Source of the DNA: a virus
Lineage: Duplodnaviria > Caudoviricetes
IMG/VR virus record: IMGVR_UViG_3300039140_000101
Span: 27,927 to 91,926 of that record
Direction: 5' to 3' (one strand)
DNA: 64,000 nt
Shown here piece after piece: positions 58,585 to 64,000 of the stretch. A model generated the notes under the pieces. It was not told where the DNA came from and ran no database searches. It worked only from the letters and a program-made list of their open reading frames with translations. Within the stretch, counting starts at the first letter, position 1, and every line of letters begins with the position of its first letter. The translations under genes and the position numbers were made by a program.

Positions 58585-59709
58585 TTATCCTTGCGATTTC
58601 TTGATCTGGACGATATCGCCCTTTTCAACGAACTTGATTCCTTTTTCTTTAACCATGTGGTGATAGTGGCTCTTGATTCTGCTTTCGGTCAGTTTCAGTT
58701 CTTTGGCAAAGGACTCAAACGTTCCACCCTTCTCAAAAGCAGTGTCAATTAATGCTGCCTGAGAACCGTCTCTGTGGCCATACTTGTTTTTCGTTACTTG
58801 CTCTTTGGCCACTTTTTCTTTTTTCGGCTTCGGCTCCTTCACCTTGGTTTCTTTTCCCGGTTTCTTTGCTTTGGCATCGGCCTTGGTATCAGCCTTGGCA
58901 TCGGCTTTCACCTTACCATTGGTCTTGCCATTGGCTTTTGCTTTCTTCGCCTCCGGTTTTGCTGCTTCAATCTTCTTCGTCATTTCTTGTTTTTCCTCCT
59001 TTTTTTCGATATCCACCATTTTGTTAAAATACTCTAACGCAATCTCTGCACCAGTCGGGAAATTTTTGGTTTCGGGATCATCTTCGATCTGTTCCATTGC
59101 CTCCATAAACTGTTCGTAAATCTTTTCTTTTGGCAAGGCCACCAATGGGATCGACTTCTTGATAAGTTTTGACTGGTTGAGATTAACTACCGCCGCTCTT
59201 AAATCCTTAAAATTCACTTCCATAATTACCTCCCTTTGATTTCTGTTCTTTATTTTTATTGTATCATATTTTTCAAAAAGTTGTTGGGCTACATACAAAC
59301 TTTTTCGTTCGGGGTCTCCTTTCAATTTGTCTCCCCATATATTTGACATACCAAATCCATGCAACAATCCCAACTTTTCGAGTGATAATACTAGGTTATA
59401 TATCTGTATTTGTATGGCTCCGTTGGATTTGCAAAAATCTAACACCTTTGTAAAACTATGAATCTTTTTTATAAGTGCTCTTACTCTGTTTCTACCGGCC
59501 TTTTTCGTTGCGTTGTATTCAAGTTCTAAAAATTCAGAAAACTGTAATAATTGTTCCTTCATATTATCCGCAGCGTGCGAACGGTCTTGATATTGGACAT
59601 GGGGTAAATGAAACATTAAAATATCCCTCAGCATATCAGATGAATCATCGTATCCGATAGCTTTGTCATTCACGAGTGCCCTCATCTGTTTATGTTTTCT
59701 TTCTGTCAT
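58585..59709 (-). CDS. Hypothetical protein in frame with a Lys/Ala-rich histone-like plus HTH protein (internal start 59223)
   Basis: KADAKA repeats, YGHRDGSQAA, GGT..R.KSH; GGAGG SD before ATG 59223. Confidence 0.55.
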   Translation of the reverse strand: MTERKHKQMRALVNDKAIGYDDSSDMLRDILMFHLPHVQYQDRSHAADNMKEQLLQFSEFLELEYNATKKAGRNRVRALIKKIHSFTKVLDFCKSNGAIQIQIYNLVLSLEKLGLLHGFGMSNIWGDKLKGDPERKSLYVAQQLFEKYDTIKIKNRNQREVIMEVNFKDLRAAVVNLNQSKLIKKSIPLVALPKEKIYEQFMEAMEQIEDDPETKNFPTGAEIALEYFNKMVDIEKKEEKQEMTKKIEAAKPEAKKAKANGKTNGKVKADAKADTKADAKAKKPGKETKVKEPKPKKEKVAKEQVTKNKYGHRDGSQAALIDTAFEKGGTFESFAKELKLTESRIKSHYHHMVKEKGIKFVEKGDIVQIKKSQG

Positions 59710-61298
59710 GGCAGATTCACTATTTTGTGGATTTGGATATTCATGACCACCTTCAGATTTGCCAGCGCCTCTGTCTGCATAATCCACTGCAGGAGTAAAG
59801 GAACATTGATTGGTTCACAATCAACGAATACGGGTGAAAAGGCCAGAACGGGTTTAGTAATGCCTTGACTGGTTATGAGATGAATGGCATCACTGAAATC
59901 CTTTTTATCGGCAACGACAAATTTAATGCAGTCATGAGTTCCGAGTTGTTTATAATTGCTTAATAACATGTGCTCCATCATTCTGCTGGAACTGGTTTTA
60001 TAATCCACCACCCAACAGACTGGCCACCAAGTTATAACTTTGTATGTGCCATTTGTTTCAATGGATATCTGTTTATATCCTTTCCCCCACAATTGGTCTA
60101 TCAGAAATATCAACTCATTTTGCTGCAATAATGGCTCCCCACCCGTAATTGTGATGCAATGGGTTTTCGCTCCATGCTCGACAACCTTGCTAACTATTTC
60201 CTCTACAGTCATTTGCCTCCCTGCCGTTGAATCTTGGGCATAAACGGTATCACAATTATGAACCCACATATAGTCAATCAAAAAACTATTATAGGGTTTG
60301 CAGGATAGGTTGTATACTTTAAGAGGTTTGGGCCTGATAGATGGAGGAAAATTATTTCTATTAATTTTTTTAATAGATAAAACTTTCAACCCATTCATCG
60401 CTATTAATCTCTTACCGTCAACCCTATTATTATTTTTCCAAAAATTATAACCAATTTTATGTATAGTGTAATGGCAAGATTCACATAAAATTTCTAAATT
60501 TTCCGAAGCATCGTTTTCATGGTCATTATCTTTGTGGTGGACATCTAAAGGTTTGGGTTCTAAACATTTGGAGCAAAATTTTATTTTCCCTTTTTTTATT
60601 TGTTGTTTTAATTTTTCATAATTAGGAGCTATACCACCTTTCCAATTAGGATTTTTATCTCCCATTTTAGATAAAGAAAGTTTTTCCCTCACTTCTTTTT
60701 GAGCATTTTTTGAAAGGGAATCAAAAGACGATATGTAAATTCCTTCGGCTTGTTTTCTCTTAATGGTGGTGCTTACTTTTTTACCAATTGCTTTATAATC
60801 GGTATTTTCAAATACTCTTTTTTTAACATCTTCATTTGTCATAGGGTTTTTATTTCCCCTCATTTTAAAAGATAATTTGTCCTTAAAATGAGAATGATAA
60901 ATTTCATCTCCCACCTGTAGGTTTTTTGCTTGTTTTAAACCCTTTGTTGTAAAAAATGGATGTTCTTCTGTTACAAAATATTCATGGTTCTCAATTTTGA
61001 TTCTTAACCAAGAATCAACCTTTCTTATAACAAGATTTGTTACTTCTGTTTCTACCAATTCCTTCTTGTTATTAAATGTTAATAATTTATCTCCTATTTT
61101 TACATCAAATATTTTTTTATTTGGTCTTTCAGATAAAATAACTTTAGGGATGTGCCTACCAGAAACAACCCCAAAACAATAGGAGCATCGGAGCGGGCAA
61201 CCCGCAAGCCGGATGAATGTACAAAGACTGCCTTGGTGATAGGCGTTGACTTCACCATTGATACTCGGAAAGATTGAGTGCACATTTAATGTATTCAT
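59706..61298 (-). CDS. queE: 7-carboxy-7-deazaguanine synthase QueE (radical SAM) with intein
   Basis: IFPSINGE, FIRLAGCPLRCSY|CDT, ITGGEPLLQ, IETNGT, IQIHK. Confidence 0.9.
   Translation of the reverse strand: MNTLNVHSIFPSINGEVNAYHQGSLCTFIRLAGCPLRCSYCFGVVSGRHIPKVILSERPNKKIFDVKIGDKLLTFNNKKELVETEVTNLVIRKVDSWLRIKIENHEYFVTEEHPFFTTKGLKQAKNLQVGDEIYHSHFKDKLSFKMRGNKNPMTNEDVKKRVFENTDYKAIGKKVSTTIKRKQAEGIYISSFDSLSKNAQKEVREKLSLSKMGDKNPNWKGGIAPNYEKLKQQIKKGKIKFCSKCLEPKPLDVHHKDNDHENDASENLEILCESCHYTIHKIGYNFWKNNNRVDGKRLIAMNGLKVLSIKKINRNNFPPSIRPKPLKVYNLSCKPYNSFLIDYMWVHNCDTVYAQDSTAGRQMTVEEIVSKVVEHGAKTHCITITGGEPLLQQNELIFLIDQLWGKGYKQISIETNGTYKVITWWPVCWVVDYKTSSSRMMEHMLLSNYKQLGTHDCIKFVVADKKDFSDAIHLITSQGITKPVLAFSPVFVDCEPINVPLLLQWIMQTEALANLKVVMNIQIHKIVNLP
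60255..61178 (-). mobile_element. Intein (308 aa) with HNH endonuclease in QueE
   Basis: Y|CFG...TEEHPF...DVHHKD..ENL..LCESCH...WVHN|CDT. Confidence 0.9.
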
Positions 61299-61305
61299 GG
61301 CGATT

Positions 61306-61659
61306 TTATTTCCTCCACTCAGCATAGGATGTTGATGTTTCCCAAAGACGGATACTTACCAATTTACAATTTTTTAATTGCCCCATTAAATGTTCTTTGA
61401 TCCACCAGACCATATTTTCTGCGGTTGGGTATCCTGGGAACCAATCGTTTATAAAAGTATGATCGAAATAATTATCGACGACATATTTCATCATATTTTT
61501 CAGATCGCCAAAATCCATAACCATTCCGTCTACCAATGTATCGGAACCGACCGTCACTTCTAATTTGTAACTGTGCCCGTGGACATTTTTACATTTTCCT
61601 TTATGGCCTGTTAAACAATGGGCCGCTTCAAATTCCATTATCTTTGTTATGGTAAACAT
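61306..61659 (-). CDS. queD: 6-carboxytetrahydropterin synthase QueD
   Basis: FEAAH, C..VHGHSY, GMVMDF, PTAEN, LWET. Confidence 0.95.
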   Translation of the reverse strand: MFTITKIMEFEAAHCLTGHKGKCKNVHGHSYKLEVTVGSDTLVDGMVMDFGDLKNMMKYVVDNYFDHTFINDWFPGYPTAENMVWWIKEHLMGQLKNCKLVSIRLWETSTSYAEWRK

Positions 61660-63201
61660 TTATTCCTCCTCTTTCTTTTTACGTTTCCGTTTGCTTTCCC
61701 ATTCACTATCAAGGAACGGCTGTCCTAATTTCAATTGTTGCAATACAATTACCTGCCCTTTTTCTGACGCCTCATCATGCCTGTGAACTAATGTATCAAT
61801 GCGTATCCTCCCTTCTTTCTTTTCCGATGGTAATTGATTTAAAACAAATAAGGCGTCTACATGGGCGAGCTTTCTGATATCTTCACCAGTATTTTTTTGC
61901 CCAATATTTTTTCTGTCGATTGAATCTCTGTTACTCTGGTTGCAATTAATGACTAAAGCTCTTCTGACTCCGGCGAGATTTTTACCTCTTTGCCACTTTA
62001 TATTGGCATCCGCTCTTTCATCATCATTTGTCTTTGCAGTAATATCAAAATAATCAATTAGGATAATGTCAGGAATAAAATTTTCAGTATATTCTAAATT
62101 GTCCAAATCGGAAATGAGGTCATCGAAAGTTGCAGAGAAAGGCGGGTGGCACATGAGCCTCAAATTATTTCCATAAAGTTGTTTAAAGGTTTTTACTTTT
62201 TTGGCAATAGCCTCTGTGGATAAATCTTGTTTTTGCTTTTGGGTTTTCCACCACCAAGATAAGGCATAGTCTGGAGATTTATTACGACGGCACCAATCAC
62301 ATGGCTTATATTTACTATTCGGAGTGTACTCTGGAAGAGTACCATCTTCACTGATTAATGTTCTCCGATTTTGTCTCTTTTCGCTTAAACAAGCCCCATC
62401 CTGATTATGTAGGCAATCAAAAACAGGATAATCATACTCACCACCATACTCCGCCATGGCAGTCATGCGTTTATAGATTCTCTTTTTAAATTGAGTTGAG
62501 TTCATTTCGAGTGAAAAGACTACAACTTTTAATCGTGCAATCAAACCATGATAGGCAATTTCCCAAGCGTAGAAACTCTTTCCTCTTTTCATCGGTCCCA
62601 TGACCGCAATTAACCATTCCCGTTTCAGGGTTCCTATTAGATCACCCAAAGCACCGGGCAATTTAAAAAGATTGTCGGAACTATCATCATCAAGTGTTTT
62701 GTCTACTTCCTTTTTATCAAATGGATTGACCCATCTAGAGGTTTCTTTGGCAACTTTATTGAAACCTCTTATTGCATCAGACACTTTATCAAGTTTGCCT
62801 TGCAATAAACCGCCTTCAATTTGTTCTTTTAAAATTTCGTATGATCGGGCTTCGGCATATTTGTATGTCTGGTCGAGTAAATATTCTGAGTTGAAAACTT
62901 CTTTTTGTTCATACTGGGTTGATAACTCTTTCAGAAACTCTTCAACAATTCCGGCCTCAGCAGCTTTCATCGTTTTTTCTTCTGCCTGAAATATGGCTTG
63001 TATGTCCTTGCCCGGGGCTTTTTTATACTTCTTATAATACTCATCAATCCATTGGACTACCCTTCTTGCATAATCAATTTGAAAATACTTTAACCTTAAA
63101 ATCGGGATTGCATCCCTACAAAATTTATTGTCAACAATCAGGCCAGTAATAATTCTCTTTTCAATATCACCCTGTAATATTTCATGCCTTGTAAAAGTCA
63201 T
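61660..63201 (-). CDS. DnaB-like replicative helicase
   Basis: GPMKRGKS, FSLEM, ILIDY, QSNR, EDIRK. Confidence 0.85.
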   Translation of the reverse strand: MTFTRHEILQGDIEKRIITGLIVDNKFCRDAIPILRLKYFQIDYARRVVQWIDEYYKKYKKAPGKDIQAIFQAEEKTMKAAEAGIVEEFLKELSTQYEQKEVFNSEYLLDQTYKYAEARSYEILKEQIEGGLLQGKLDKVSDAIRGFNKVAKETSRWVNPFDKKEVDKTLDDDSSDNLFKLPGALGDLIGTLKREWLIAVMGPMKRGKSFYAWEIAYHGLIARLKVVVFSLEMNSTQFKKRIYKRMTAMAEYGGEYDYPVFDCLHNQDGACLSEKRQNRRTLISEDGTLPEYTPNSKYKPCDWCRRNKSPDYALSWWWKTQKQKQDLSTEAIAKKVKTFKQLYGNNLRLMCHPPFSATFDDLISDLDNLEYTENFIPDIILIDYFDITAKTNDDERADANIKWQRGKNLAGVRRALVINCNQSNRDSIDRKNIGQKNTGEDIRKLAHVDALFVLNQLPSEKKEGRIRIDTLVHRHDEASEKGQVIVLQQLKLGQPFLDSEWESKRKRKKKEEE

Positions 63202-63981
63202 TTACCCTCCATACATTTCGTGTAATTGGTTAACAAAATCTGACTGGTCATCGTCATCATCGTCAAAATCATTGTCCATCATTCCTTGGTGGTATAAATA
63301 AGATGGGAAACGCTTTTTAAACATTACATCGGAACATAGCCAAGCTGGTGTCACTATTTTTAAATTATCTGTCTTTTCAATAATGGCCTCATAAAGATAT
63401 TTTGAATCTCGAGGCAAATTGTTGATGTCTATATTGTCATGTAAAGCAACATTATTACGATTCTTTTTTATAAATTTCCTGAATTTTGTTGCAGCAAGTC
63501 TGAAGCAATCTTCGTCCCCCGGTGATTGTGGCACCTCTTTACTAATGTAAGTTTTCCAGTATTTCTTTAATTGAGTGGTTATTTCAGGATCGGTATTTTC
63601 TACTTTATGTTTAGCATATATCCTGTCAATGTAGACTTCTCCTTTCATGCATTCATCGAACCATGATTGGATATCATAAGCGCAATTTTTCTTATCAATG
63701 CGTGATCTTGTGAAATCTGAAAATCGGAAAAACTCGTTTAAGCCAATAAGGTGCCCTGGGGCTCTCATTGAGAGTTTATAATCTTGAGCGGAACTGATAA
63801 TCTTGTGGTATAATAGCATGGCATTGGCAATCTTATCAGGGTCATGAAGCTTTACGGCCTTCTTTAAAGCACAAATTGCATCATGATTTGTTTTACTGCC
63901 ATTTCGATGTTGCTTGATAGGTGATCCGAGATTTCTCCATAAGTCATAAAGGTTTTGAACATCTGGTGAATAAGCTGTCAT
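63202..63981 (-). CDS. Hypothetical, possibly replication initiator/helicase loader (start uncertain at window edge)
   Basis: Directly upstream of helicase; acidic C-terminus. Confidence 0.4.
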   Translation of the reverse strand: MTAYSPDVQNLYDLWRNLGSPIKQHRNGSKTNHDAICALKKAVKLHDPDKIANAMLLYHKIISSAQDYKLSMRAPGHLIGLNEFFRFSDFTRSRIDKKNCAYDIQSWFDECMKGEVYIDRIYAKHKVENTDPEITTQLKKYWKTYISKEVPQSPGDEDCFRLAATKFRKFIKKNRNNVALHDNIDINNLPRDSKYLYEAIIEKTDNLKIVTPAWLCSDVMFKKRFPSYLYHQGMMDNDFDDDDDDQSDFVNQLHEMYGG

Positions 63982-64000
63982 ATCAACTTTATAAGATTTC

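Noticed and set aside
1-64000. tRNA genes, integrase/att sites, alternative genetic code
   Set aside because: None recognised by eye; conserved genes read through intact in code 11, with TAA, TGA and TAG all used as stops.

Overview
Segment of a large AT-rich tailed-phage genome with contractile-tail (myovirus-type) genes and two convergent arms. The + strand (1-31.5 kb) holds late genes: DUF2184-type capsid, neck, sheath, two tube paralogues, a frameshifted tail chaperone, tape measure with a lysozyme domain, baseplate and fibre, then an eight-gene glycosylation/sugar-modification cluster, a lysis region containing a PAS protein, and a second fibre/appendage module. The - strand (31.6-64 kb) holds small early ORFs, an intact IscB/omegaRNA element inserted at an ATGA gene junction, recombination genes (RuvC-like, split SbcC, SbcD, 5'-3' exonuclease, RecA/UvsX, SSB, UvsY-like), a Pol III-type replisome (DnaE with intein and C-terminal UDG, clamp, clamp loader, DnaB) and a 7-deazaguanine DNA-modification cluster (QueD, intein-split QueE, FolE, DpdL-like, GT-B glycosyltransferase, DpdA). 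Best candidates for new biology: (i) the deazaguanine cluster, which has a glycosyltransferase, no QueC in the window, and an N-terminally short DpdA followed by four paralogous mini-genes resembling its missing N-terminal module; (ii) a virion-glycosylation cluster paired with recurrent G/A/S-S-P motifs in structural proteins. All family assignments are by-eye motif recognition; no searches were run.
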